A stretch of DNA of 64,000 bases from Octopus sinensis (taxonomy: Eukaryota). Numbering within the stretch: position 1 is the first letter of the stretch; each line of letters begins with the position of its first letter. The notes below the pieces were generated by a model. That model was given only the letters and a program-made list of their open reading frames with translations, was not told the origin of the DNA and searched no databases. The stretch lies in assembly GCF_006345805.1 (NCBI RefSeq), contig NC_043004.1, forward strand, positions 84,940,001 to 85,004,000, in the 5' to 3' direction. Position numbers and translations under genes: made by a program. Below are positions 12,219-25,990 of this stretch, one piece after another.

Positions 12219-12974
12219 TTTTATTTTTACCATACTGACACGCCTGTATTCCAATTTAAAAACAAAAACCTGCAATACAAAGGAAACACTCAAGAAGTAC
12301 TATTGACTATCTGGTACTCTGCAAAAATTAGTCACAATTTTACAGGAAGGAGAGCGATATCCCTTCTAAAATTTATTCATTGCAAAGCTAACAAAATATT
12401 GAATTGTGTCGATTCTTTCAAATCCAGGGATCTCGACTTAAAGGCACCACCTGGTATTATTGGTATACCGTTTACGAGAATGGTTAATGTTTTACTGCAG
12501 CTTAACAACGCACCTCATTTTAACAGAAATATAGAACTGTTCGAATATTCTTCGAAGTATTGATCATCTCAAGAATCCAAATAGAAGGAAGACCCTTTTA
12601 TAATGCTCGACCAAAAAACCATGAATGCATACATATTTATATGTATCCCGTTGGTGGATTACTCAGTTTCGGATGGTAATATTTGTTATATTTTGCTATA
12701 GCAAGTAGGATGCAACGACTACACATGGTATTTATATTCAAAAATACTGGGTCTCGTCACATTGTTTTCCAATGCATGTTGGATAGCGAAACACGTATGA
12801 AAAGACTCACAGCTGAAACAAAATGAGTAGTAAATCTAAAATATTGTTCAGATGCATCTAATTTTTAGGAATATTTCGGAATAGTTTATATTTGGCTCAC
12901 ATACCCCAAACTATTATCACGTACCTGCTGCTTTAGTGATGAAGACTCGTACAATATTACATATCTAACATATA

Positions 12975-14181
12975 AAGGGTGCGTAAGATATTTAAGTACA
13001 TACATTTTTGGGGGGTCATTGCTGCATTTTTTGGTAACTATGTACTGTTTCAGAAAATAATATTGACAGACCCTCTGCTTACTCAAGAAATGAAGAAGCA
13101 TTCTGTTATTGTGAGTGTAAACCCTGAGCATAGAGATTTATAGTAAAAAGTTGCCAGAAATTTCGTCTACAAAGCTTGTAAGGAGCTAGAGACCGGAGAT
13201 GGAAACGTTTCACCAGTATCAAAGCATTAAAATCATTCTAAACGCTCTAAAATCATCAGAGCACCTTAATCTATTAATCAAGTTCAAGAGACCTTTTATC
13301 ACAATCCCAAAATGTTCATGAGATCAATTGCAAAATATCTTCATGTGTCAGAAGGAACAGTCAAACATCAGATATGTCTTATAGGATGAGAGAAAGTCAA
13401 TTTTTCCGATAAAGCAAATGAAAATCATCACTACATCTGGTCTAAAAAAGTCTTAAACAAATTGAAAATTCCAGCAGAAGAATATTTCTGAAACGAAAAG
13501 CATTTCGACCAAATTCAAAACGTTAACGGAATAAATGACAGCTGGTTATGCGCAGACTCTTCTGAAGTTCCAAGTGTTATGCATACAAAATTTCCTGCAG
13601 CTGCCATGGTTTTAGGGGCTGTCAGCAATGGAGGAGATGTAATGCACCCGTTACTTCTTTCCACAAGGCCAACAATGAGATCCTGAAAATAATTGTTTTA
13701 CCCTGGATATACAGTGTATGCAATGGGAGGTCATATGTGTTTCCATAAGACTGTGCACTATCACATATAGCTCTAGTAACACATGAATGGATGGTTGAAA
13801 ATGTTTTTGATCACCTAACCCCTAACATTTGGCCTCCGAATTCCCCAGATCTTAATCAATTGGACTAACACCCGTGGAGCGTCTTTGAGAGAGAGAAAAA
13901 TGAACAGGCCCATATCACCAAAGAATCTATGAAAGGTTCCATAGTTAGGGGAAATATCCAAAAATGTACCAGGACCACTTCATTCAAGATAATAGATGAT
14001 TTAGACCTCATATAAATGCAGTTGTTGAAGCTGAAGCTGGCGTATTGAATAAGATTATAGAAAAGAAGGTTTATTTCTATTCTGATAGCATTTTTTGATA
14101 AATGAAGTTATTATCCGTTATTATACATCTGTTTATATATATATATACATGAATCTCTCCTCAAATATCTTACGCACTCTG
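12975..14181 (+). mobile_element. Tc1/mariner superfamily DD37D (maT) transposon, degenerate and near full length
   Basis: TIRs AAGGGTGCGTAAGATATTT / AAATATCTTACGCACTCTG with TA on both sides. Transposase remnants HTKFPAAAMVLGAVSN and VF..D-x37-D (D...WPPNSPDLNQLD) with stops and frameshifts. Confidence 0.9.
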
Positions 14182-16519
14182 TATATAACAAGCATCAGCA
14201 CAAGCACTGACAGAGAAACTGTAAATTCCAGCTGAATGGCCTTTTATATCTACACACTTCATTATCTATATCTACTACAGTAAATATATCCTAACTTGTT
14301 TCCTCTACCCAAGCTTGCTGACCGCACATATCTCTCCTATTAACACCCATATTGTTTCCGCTTTAGGCTGCTCTACAGACCACTCAGTGCAAAAGTTTTC
14401 CATTTTCTCCTTAGCATTACGGAATTTTTTTTTCAACACAGTTTCCAGTAATTGTGAAAAAAAACAATTGCATTGATGTTACCTGGTTCATAATATTGGG
14501 AACAGGATTGGACGTAGGGTTTTCCTTCAGGCGTATTCGTTAAGAAACATTCAAATCAAATCGTAGAAATCATTTCCACAAACTATGCCACGATTCAGTC
14601 ATGTGTCCATTTATTCACATTTTAATAAGATAGTAGAAAATCTAAAACGAAACTATATATAAAGGTAAAATCAGTTTTCAACGGCAAGTAACTCAGATTC
14701 GTATTTTTATACCAGACACAATTATAATGTTAATCAATAAAAGCAATTAATTTTGAAAGTTTCTATTCATTAAGTAGTTATTCTCTATTAAAAAAAATAT
14801 TTCTAAATATACTCCGCCAGAAAATGTATTTCCATCATTAACTAAATGTTACTAGATTATACTAAATTATTTCTTTATCTTAATTCATTGAAACATATGT
14901 TTGTTTTCTACCTACTCCTTATAATCTTTACCTGCCTTGTGAATATAGAGGCCGATATTTGCTTTACATATTTATTTAATATAATATCTTCATTTTTGAG
15001 TAAATGTCTGTGGAAGCCACATTATGTCACAGATAAATGAACCTTATTCTATCTACTATCCCTTCTTGCTTCACTCGACCCAAGTTTTACTTCAGTACTC
15101 TTCCAAACTTAGTTTTTACTCTGTGACTCATCATTACAAACGTCTCTACTACCTATCATTTATCTTCCCTTCTTTATCTCTCATTCGGTTTATCTCTCCC
15201 TCTCAATTGCTACCTCCTTACTACAATATGACAGCGTTATCTTACGTCATCAAAATTTTATGGTTTCTCACGTAAAAACAAAAGGGGCAAATCTGCTGTT
15301 TTCCCTTTTCTTTTCTTTTCTTAATGCTGAAGGCATACGAAATCTGAAAACGGGTATACTCCGTTCCCCTCCACAAAATGATTACACTTTTTACGTTATT
15401 TTAACTAAATAATACAAGTGTTACCCATGGAAATTACCATCAGTCTCAATAGATTCTATTTAATATCTTTTACCTTGAACAAACATCGCTCTTTATGCCA
15501 TATTCTCCGTAATTAATGATGATTTTTTTGCGGGGAAGGTACCATCATCTACTTTGCCTATTTCCGAATGGAAAATTTATTACTGCCCGTCAATCAAATT
15601 CTTATTTTACTGCACAATAAATGAAAACATATATATATATATATATCTATATATATATATATATATATATATTCACATCCATACATACATACACACACAC
15701 ATACATACATACATACATACATGCTTACATACATACGTACGTAGGTACGTACGTACGTACATACATGCCTTCCATGTGAGCGGAGGAGAAATATAGATTT
15801 TATATTAGAGAAGACCATCTCTGTGGATAGAATTGTCGATGGATATGCTCATTTCGATTCTTATTCATTTCTCTGCGTAAATACGTGCTCTAGATAGCGC
15901 AGTATGCATTCCAACTTGAAAAATGATTTAGAAAGATGTATTGCACTGGCAGTGAATTTTCAACAGCTTTAATTACCTTCCATTGTGCTTTACTGCATAT
16001 CAAGAAAAATGTTGCTTACTAGACAATTCTTTACGAATACGTGTAAAACGGAACACTATCACTCCCTTTCTTTTTTCTCTACCTATTTTTTTTTTTCGTT
16101 TCTGTCTCTTGAAAAATACCAATTATACTTAGAAGTAAATGCATGCTTCTGCTATTAGATCCAGTGGTATTTCGAAGTTCTTTTACCTGATTATGTCAAT
16201 TGATGACGTAGTCTGTGCCATTAGACTCCAAGTAGCTTCGAACTGTCACTGAACATAATACAACTCGTCATGTTTTTGTTTTTTTTTGACAACGTGTGGT
16301 GAAATCTATGAGAGCTTGTTGATAACACATTAAACATGAATGACCATCATTGTCGAATTTGTAGAAAAGACAAGCAACAGGGAACTCTTCAAAATGCATT
16401 CATTCATCTCAGTCATGAACCCTTTTTTACATTAATACCGTTTTGTTCGGGGACCAAATTTGGTTCCTGTATTTAACGCATGTTTAGCACAAACATCCAT
16501 ACAAGGAAATGCACGCTCT

Positions 16520-16537
16520 CACGTAATCTATCCATCG

Positions 16538-16633
<96 letters not shown>

Positions 16634-16680
16634 AGTCTATCTATCTATCTATCGATCTATCTGTATGTCTGCCTAACTAA
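16520..16680. repeat. (TATC)n microsatellite
   Basis: Direct reading. Confidence 0.95.
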
Positions 16681-16935
16681 CTATCACTCTCCCTAAATAT
16701 ATATATATATATATATAAAGAAGTTTGAAAACGCCACTTTATAAGATGAATTTCAATTTTCTTAGAAATTTTACATGTTTCGGTTCTTCTTGAAAAAATG
16801 AACCTTATCAAATATATTTTAAAAAGAAAATTAAAATTCATTTTATATAGCGGTGTTTTCAAACTTCTTTTTTATAAATATATACCCACTCGTATACGAC
16901 CTACACTTATTATAAATATATATATATATATATAT

Positions 16936-17063
16936 ATAAATGAAAGAATGGAGTTGAACGACGAATTAACAAAATTCCTTTATTCTTGACATAAGTTTCG
17001 AAACATATGTCGAGAATAAAGGAATTTTGTTAATTCGTCGTTCAACTCCATTCTTTCATTTAT
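16936..17063. repeat. 128-bp near-perfect palindrome centred on GTTTCGAAAC
   Basis: The arms are reverse complements except for one G.T pair and one A/A pair next to the centre. Confidence 0.95.
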
Positions 17064-17212
17064 TTGTATTAAAAAAGCACACAAATTTCCACACCAAAGG
17101 ACCTGATCTCTGCCCTTCGCATGTAGCTTCAAACGTGTTTTTCTGACGTGAATTTGCTACCCAGGTATCGGTTAACCGAATTATCCTTAATAAGATAATT
17201 CATTCAACTACT

Positions 17213-17252
<40 letters not shown>

Positions 17253-17336
17253 TGGACAGAAAGACAGAAAGAGATAATAAATCACATACATCCATGCATA
17301 TGTGTAGCAAATCGCTTCCCAGATTCTTATCTAAGA

Positions 17337-17401
17337 TTCAAATACCATACTTGGTTTCCCTACGAGTTCCTTCATAATATTACCGGCATCGTCAGTTTGA
17401 A
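17337..17401 (-). ncRNA. Candidate type I hammerhead ribozyme (weak stem II)
   Basis: Minus strand: TTCAAA-CTGACGA-~30 nt-GAAA-CCA-AGTA-TGGT-A-TTTGAA, giving a 6-bp stem I, an intact core, a 4-bp stem III and a GUA triplet. Confidence 0.55.
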
Positions 17402-19984
17402 ATTCGGGAGAGTCAATCGTTAACCTATGACCATTTCGTGTCATACTTATTTAGAAAGGGTATAACAGAGGAAAGTTCTGTCCTTTAGGTCGATCTCATT
17501 TATTTAGGGTCAAATAGGAACACAGATGTCAAGTTCAGTTATATCTTTTTCTCCTGTCCCCATATTAAAAGGATAACTTTACGTGTAGCTTGTCTCTCAG
17601 GGACTATACATCATTCATCGTCACAACTTGCCAAACCAGAGAGGGAAATTCTCTTATTCTCCTCTCTATTTCTTCTGTCAATCTTCTAGCAGTCACTTAG
17701 TGGTGGAGTCAGCTCCCTGCGAAGTGGATAACCGCGTAGCACGTGATCCTTGCGCAACAGATCAAAGAAAGTAGAAGGCCGACTATGTCGAAGTCATTGG
17801 AACATCTATTCTTCAAAGAGCATAAAGACTATGCAGTCAACAAAACTTATTGAATAATTCTGCGATTTGATGTGAAGTTGTTCTTCGTATAGCACGCGTG
17901 CGCGCGCGCGCGTGTGTGTGTGTGTGTGTGTCTGTGTGTGTCTCTGTGTGTGTATAAGCATACACCTTCAGAATGAGAAATACTTTGATAAACGCATTAT
18001 ATACATAAATCCATCCATCAATACAGACACATACATACATACATTTATACATTCATACATACATACATAGATGCATTCATACACAGATACATACATACAT
18101 ACATGCATACATAGAACTGTTAGCTCAACGTGGCAGTCGTATGCATCAGAACTGTTGTTATTGATTTGTCGGGAACATTAACATATTCATCTAATGAGCG
18201 TAGCGCAAAAGCGCTGTCAATATGATTAGCTCTGGACGCTGTTAAGAGATGCAGAATGAACTTCACATATGTGTGTGTGTGCTGCGCACGCGTGTATTTG
18301 TTTGTGTCGGTGTGTGTCTTTGTGTGTCCGTGTGTGCGTGTATCAATAATCATACGGCCTTTTATCTATTTCAAGTAATTGATGTATAGTTGCTTCCAGG
18401 GATAGGGTGTTCAATCACCTGAGGATAAGATAATTATCGAGAATAAAGGGACTTGTCTACTTGGAATATATCGCTATGCAGATATAGATAAACGCTTCAT
18501 CAATATCTGACACCTTTCTTTTGCCATACAACTCTAACGTTTTCAGGTAATTACCGTTGCGTAATACACAGTAAAATGCGATCAGATTGTCACGTGTACA
18601 TTCTTTGCATAAACTTCAAGATATAACCGAAATTTCCTCCAGTCACGTTTGTTAAAATTCTAAATTAACATTCTCGTTTAAACTGTAATTCTTATTTCTA
18701 AAATGTTCTTAACACTTGATGTCTTTACGTAATGATACCTCTAAATGGGTACCGTGTTCTAGACATATAAACGTGAATGTATTGCCTTAGGAATTTTCGA
18801 AATATCTGCAATATAATGCATAGTTATAAAATATCAGTGAAAAAGAGCATTTGCATTCGATGCAATTCTTCCACTGTTATATTAGAAATTGTTACATAAG
18901 AGAAAGCTTGATAATTTTGTCGAGATATCTTTGCATATATATTTTATTTAACTCATTCTTTTGTAATAATAGTTTTAGGATGAAAGTTGCAAGATATTGC
19001 CAACAATTATATCTCTTAAGATGTCTAGATTCGAGTTGAATATGATAGTGATTCTAGCAGCTTTCCATTCACTGGCGCTTCAGAAAAATGAAGCGTGGCA
19101 CCGGTGTATGGGAAATTAGGAAAATTACTACAGCATATTAACCTATTAATTGTTTCAGTCACTGCACTGGACTGACGATTTTTTAGGTCATCGCATTGAC
19201 GCTTTTTTTGTCGAACAAATCGACACCAGTAAGTATGTGTTGTTAGGCCATCGGAGAACAACATTACCTAAGGTGTTGTACAATGAAACACGTAAAGGAC
19301 CGCAGGGAATCTGTATTTACTTCGTTTCCTTGACTCGCACAGAATAGTATTATCTATTGCACCTTTTATTCAGCATATTAGGAATTCCGTAATCCTTAGC
19401 ATAAACCCAATACGATATCCTATTGTTAATACATATTTAGTCATACCTCATCCAATGATATTAGCAATCAACATGCCAGTTCTTGATTTAAGTAATTTTA
19501 TTCGCCATTATTATTCATACTAGGAGAAGTATCGAACGTATATATGATATCAATAGCGTCATTTAATGTGATTTGTATGGTGAAATGTTATTATGTGTAC
19601 CCATTATGATTCAATTTTGCAATGAAAATAGGATCCAGTTGCATTGATCTATGAAATACTGAATATAGAATTTATCAATGATATTCAGATATTATTTCAT
19701 TATATTGCTGTAAAAGTGCGCAAAACCAAACAGAGGCAGTAATGGTCAATTAAATTACATATTGATAGTAAAATTAATCATTTGTTTCAAAAGGTAAAGT
19801 TAGATTAGCAATAAGACAACCACTTGTATAAATATTGCAATATTTAATCGCTTCATATGATCTTATATTCAATTCGTCTATGGGAACTGCTTTTAAGAGA
19901 ACAAAGGTCTTCTGTATCGTTCCTAGGTTTTATGATTTTATTAGAAGCCTAAAGAAAATACTTTTTCTTTATTTCTGTCATTCG

Positions 19985-20150
19985 AATTCGGCCATGCTGG
20001 AGTACCGTCTTTAGTCGACCAAATCGATCCCAAGACTTATTCTCTCTAAGCCGGGTACTTATTCTATCGTTTACTTTTGCCGAACCGCAAGGTTATGTGG
20101 ACGTAAACACGCCAACATCCGTTGGCAAGCAACGGTGGGGTAACAAATAT
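19985..20150 (-). mobile_element. SINE family A, 3' half
   Basis: ggccatgctggagtaccgtctttagtcgaccaaatcgatcc..ccgaaccgcaag matches the family A 3' region. Confidence 0.7.
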
Positions 20151-20182
20151 ATATAAAATGTAAACACACACACATTTATATA

Positions 20183-20255
<73 letters not shown>

Positions 20256-20262
20256 ATATATA

Positions 20263-20299
<37 letters not shown>

Positions 20300-20369
20300 G
20301 TGTGTGTGTGTCTGCGTAAAAACCTATGCAGAAAATTATGTATTTATGCAAACATAAATGCACAGACAT

Positions 20370-20525
20370 AGTAAGGAGCCTGCTTTTCTAACCAAATAGT
20401 TCCGTGTACAAGCCGACGGCGTGGCATCTTGGGCAAGTATCTGCTGCTCTAGCCTCGGGATAACCAAAGCTCTGAGAGTGGAGTTTGTGATTTTGTAGAC
20501 AGAAACGGAAGGAAGCTCGTCGTAT
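20370..20525 (+). mobile_element. SINE family A, 5' half
   Basis: gtggcatcttgggcaagtatctgctgctctagcctcggg..agaaacggaaggaagctcgtcgtata matches the family A 5' region. Confidence 0.65.
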
Positions 20526-21441
20526 ATATATATATATAAATCCGAAGATTAAAAAAAATTGTATACAAAATTTAGAGGACTGACCACTAAAAGTTGACAG
20601 CCTGTATGCTAGATATAGACGACAAAATCGCCATTTTCCACGAATAATGTGTTCTCAAGAAAAAATTCAGCAAAAAACTAAGGGTCTAAAAATAAGCAAG
20701 ACAAATGAAAATATACGAAATATACGGAGGTGTAGTCAAATCCTATTTTTTGGACTCAACCATCTTCTAAAATAAGTCAGAAGTTAAGCTGCTATAAATC
20801 GGCACGAACTTTCAGGACAACCCAATATTTTGTAACAAAACTATCTCATAATAAAGTTCTATATGAGGAAGTAAAACATCTGTTCAAATAATATTTCTAC
20901 TTAAATTTGTTATATTTTATATTTGTCTTATTTTGTAGTCTACCGTATGCTTGCCATACATTTGTATATACACGATGTTACGTACGAGTGGAAATAAATT
21001 TAAACCATTTTTCCTCTTTGTTATCACGATGGTGATTGTGACTCCGCTTGCCTAGTTTTCTACACGAAACAGCAACAGACTTCAAGCTTCACACTGCAAA
21101 ATGACGTGATTCTAATATAGTGAGCCTTCTGGCCTCATCTCGAAGCCTTTTACTTTCGTCATCCCCCTTACTTTCTTTTATTTTATTATATTTGTATTCA
21201 CTCCGATGAAGCCCCATGCACTGGATCGAATATGCTAGAAAGATAACGAATATTAGTTTTGGAATGTTCTTTGTAAGCACCGACTGATTTTGGCAGCCGA
21301 AACGGCTGTAAAAGATGTTGTTATGCTTTGTATTAAAAAAATAATTGAACGATCTTGGTCAAATTCTTAGTTTGTTCATCAAATGTTTTCTCCAGCTTCT
21401 GCATATTTAAATTTACATATTATTATTGTGTGTGTGTGTTT

Positions 21442-21472
<31 letters not shown>

Positions 21473-21589
21473 ATGTATTATGTATGTATGTACGTGTGTG
21501 TTTGTGTATTCATTTATTCATGTGTATGATTTTGTATCCGCTTGTCCGCTCCATCGCATAATAACTGATGGTGCTTTCTTTGTCTCCTC

Positions 21590-21935
21590 TTTACTTAGTG
21601 GTTGAGAGAACGTGACCGATAGAATAAGCACCTGGCTTACAAAGAATAATTCTAGAGTCCAATTTTTTCGACTAAAAAGAACTTAAGGCGGTGCTCCATC
21701 ATGGCCACAATCAAATGACTAAAACTTGTAAAACAATTAAAGAATACATATATACATATATATACATATATACATATATATATATATATACGCATATATA
21801 TATATAGAGAATAAGCACCTGGCTTACAAAGAATAATTCTAGAGTCCAATTTCTTCGACTAAAAAGAACTTAAGGCGGTGCTCCATCATGGCCACAATCA
21901 AATGACTAAAACTTGTAAAACAATTAAAGAATACA
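21590..21935 (+). repeat. Tandem duplication (~190-bp period) of a SINE family A 3' end
   Basis: 21619-21750 and 21808-21940 are near identical and separated by a TA tract. Confidence 0.85.
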
Positions 21936-21975
21936 TATATACATATATTACATATATACATATATATATATACGC

Positions 21976-22091
<116 letters not shown>

Positions 22092-22268
22092 TATATATAA
22101 CAAAGAGTAAAATTAATCAATTAAGAAGTAATCAATAATTTCACCAAGTAGAATTCGGTATGAAAAAAGGACCATTTCACGGCAAACTTAAGTAATACTA
22201 TTAGTATATATATATAATATATATATATATATACATTTATAGTTATATGTATATAGATAGATAGATAT

Positions 22269-22336
<68 letters not shown>

Positions 22337-23134
22337 AGAGAGAGAGAGAGAGAGGGAGAGATAGAAAGAGAGATATAATACATACATATACCTATATAGG
22401 TAGACATACATGTGAAATGAATATGTATATACATGTGTGTGTGTGTGTGCGTGTGACATGAAGGTGAGTGGTGTGTGCGAATTGCAGGAGAACCCTGCGA
22501 GCGCCAAGCTAATTAAAATTTCTCAGAGTCTCATGCTGCCATTTCAATGCTCTTCACAAAATTGTATGATTTGGAACCATCACATCCGTTACGTTATGCA
22601 CATGTGCTTTTTTTTTTCAGTTTCGCACTTTGCATTACTAGCTGCAAAACTAAAGATTTAAATGCAATATTTGTTTTATTATATGCAAATTGGATCAGAA
22701 ACCCTTACCAGTACGTATTTGGATCGTATAAGATTATGAATTTCCATCTTGGGGATTCGTAATTGGAAATGTAATATGCTGGCAACATATAAATCTGCTT
22801 TCCTGTCGTATGGTTGCAATGATAAAGCAGATAATATTTCGCTAATAATCTTCATTCTTAGGAATATTACGATTTCCTAATTTGCAGTAATATACAGAAA
22901 ATCACTAAGTTATTGAAAGTTTAGGCGTATTTATTTCATATACAACTCCATGAAAACTTCATCAAGGTAAATGAACATTCATACTATTCCTATTATAACC
23001 AAACATGATTTCTATGCACCTTAGCAATCACGGACACAGCACAAATATATAACATAACTTGCCTAAATTACTAACACATCCTCCTTTATTGGAGATGTCG
23101 TAATTCAATTTAGAATTGCCAGCGACTCTGTCTT

Positions 23135-23358
23135 TAATTGTTTCAGTCATGTGACTGTGGTTATGCTGGAGCACCGCCTTTACTCGAGCAAATTGACCCC
23201 AAGACTTATTCTTTGTAAGCCTAGTACCTATTCTATCGGTCTCTTTTGCTGAACCGCTAAGTTACAGGGACGTGAACACACCAGCATTGGTTGTCAAGCG
23301 ATGTTGGGGAGACAAACACAGACACACATACACACAGGCACACAAGCACACATACACA

Positions 23359-23446
<88 letters not shown>

Positions 23447-23612
23447 CATATATACGACGGGCTTCCTTCTGTTTCCGACTAACAAATTCACTCACAAGGA
23501 TTTGGTCGGCCCGAGGCTATAGTAGAAGACACTTGCCCAAGGTGCCCCGAAGTGGGACTGAACCCAGAACCATATGGTTGGTAAGCAAGCTACTTACCCA
23601 ACAGCCACTCCT
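23135..23612 (-). mobile_element. SINE family A, full length
   Basis: Reverse complement of the 9660 type, with head, internal CA/TA tract and tail. Confidence 0.85.
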
Positions 23613-24250
23613 GTGGATAGAGTTTTTTCCTATCGTCGGGTCCTTTTACATTTGTCATTTATATTGTTCCGGCATCTTTTTTTTTTTTTACTTGCTCAGA
23701 AAACTGGCAATATGACATTCTCTTTTATGATATACAGAAAATGGAATGTTAAAACGAAAAAAAAAAAGCGATAAATATATTACACTAATGTATTTTCATC
23801 TAGCGTCTCCTCCTCAACAACCAAGTGTTTTAGAGAAATTCTTCAAAGGACGTTTATTTCAATAAATATTACATATAAAGAAGAGATTCAAAGACTAACA
23901 ATCCATTTGATTAGTTGACTGTTGCGTTGGTGTTGTTGATGGTCTTTGCGAGGTTAGTGGACTTTATGTTGTTTATTATGGTCCATGCTGCTAGAATCAA
24001 TTACCAAACGTACTACAATGTCTTCGCTGGTAAGTCTCATTAGTGTCCTCTTCACTTAGTGGTTGATAGAAAGACATCGATAGAATAAGCACCTAGCTTA
24101 CAAGAAATAATTCCAGAATCCAATTTCTTCGACTAAACAAATAAGCACTTAAGGCGGTGTTCCATCATGGCCACAATCAAATAACTAAAACTTGTAAAAG
24201 TATAAAGGAATACATAAATATATATACGGACACACACTCACACACGCACG

Positions 24251-24287
<37 letters not shown>

Positions 24288-24364
24288 GTGTGTGTGTGTA
24301 TATATATCCGATATATATATACACACGCACACTCATACACACACACACCACACACACACATATA

Positions 24365-24416
<52 letters not shown>

Positions 24417-25223
24417 CATATATACGACGGGCTTCCTTCTGTTTCCGACTAACAAATTCACTCACAAGGATTTGGTCGGCCCGAGGCTATAGTAGAAGAC
24501 ACTTGCCCAAGGTGCCCCGAAGTGGGACTGAACCCAGAACCATATGGTTGGTAAGCAAGCTACTTACCCAACAGCCACTCCTGTGGATAGAGTTTTTTCC
24601 TATCGTCGGGTCCTTTTACATTTGTCATTTATATTGTTCCGGCATCTTTTTTTTTTTTTTTACTTGCTCAGAAAACTGGCAATATGACATTCTCTTTTAT
24701 GATATACAGAAAATGGAATGTTAAAACGAAAAAAAAAAAAGCGATAAATATATTACACTAATGTATTTTCATCTAGCGTCTCCTCCTCAACAACCAAGTG
24801 TTTTAGAGAAATTCTTCAAAGGACGTTTATTTTAATAAATATTACATATAAAGAAGAGATTCAAAGACTAACAATCCATTTGATTAGTTGACTGTTGCGT
24901 TGGTGTTGTTGATGGTCTTTGCGAGGTTAGTGGACTTTATGTTGTTTATTATGGTCCATGCTGCTAGAATCAATTACCAAACGTACTACAATGTCTTCGC
25001 TGGTAAGTCTCATTAGTGTCCTCTTCACTTAGTGGTTGATAGAAAGACATCGATAGAATAAGCACCTAGCTTACAAGAAATAATTCCAGAATCCAATTTC
25101 TTCGACTAAACAAATAAGCACTTAAGGCGGTGTTCCATCATGGCCACAATCAAATAACTAAAACTTGTAAAAGTATAAAGGAATACATAAATATATATAC
25201 GGACACACACTCACACACGCACG

Positions 25224-25256
<33 letters not shown>

Positions 25257-25302
25257 GGGTGTGTGTGTGTATATATATCCGATATATATACACACGCACA
25301 CT

Positions 25303-25335
<33 letters not shown>
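23345..25335 (+). repeat. Tandem duplication, 970-bp period, two near-identical copies
   Basis: 'cgacgggcttcc' occurs at 23455 and 24425. The copies differ almost only in homopolymer/microsatellite length plus one C/T; breakpoints lie in CA/TA tracts. Confidence 0.95.
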
Positions 25336-25389
<54 letters not shown>

Positions 25390-25402
25390 GTAGGTAGATA
25401 GG

Positions 25403-25486
<84 letters not shown>

Positions 25487-25819
25487 GTCATGGTGAGTAA
25501 GTGAAAATGATGACAACACCCATCCGAATATAACGCCAGTCTACTCACCTATTTGGATTGGGGCATCGTAAAATGAAGTAATTTTCTCAAACACCCACGG
25601 CACTGCCCACGCCTGCAATCGAAGCCAAGATCTTATGATCTTGAGAGCAACATCCTTGCCGTAAAGCTGCACATTTCTGCAGATCAATTAAGGGAAATAG
25701 AAAATTGTATTCATTAATTTTATACAGATGCAAACGTTTATTATTCGCACCGAATTTAGTTCAAAGTTCCTGATACCAACTATATTTTGATCTCAATATT
25801 TTCAGCTCTGCTGAGGAGT

Positions 25820-25990
25820 CATGAGAACGTCGTGCATAATGCTTACCGGCATTACTTCAATCTTCGTATTCTGAGTTCAAATTCCTCCGAGGTCGATTTT
25901 GCCATTCATCCTTTCGGTGTCGGTAATGTAAGTATCAGTCGAGTACTGGGGTCGATACAACCGATTTACTCACCTCCTCGAAATTCCTGA
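25820..25990 (+). mobile_element. SINE family B, degenerate
   Basis: ttctgagttcaaattcctccgaggtcgattttgccattcatcctttcgg matches 48946-49175. Confidence 0.65.

Noticed and set aside
12204-12563. 119-aa ORF as a host exon
   Set aside because: No recognisable motif, starts inside a SINE remnant, and has no convincing splice pair.
18415-18460. Hammerhead at CTGAGGA..TTATCGAGAATAAAGG
   Set aside because: GAAA and stem III are absent and stem I does not pair; at most a deleted relic.
19159-19228. Exon with good-looking splice sites (ttgtttcag..gtaagt)
   Set aside because: The sequence aligns to the reverse complement of the SINE family A tail (tgtttcagtca..gtcgaacaaatcgac).
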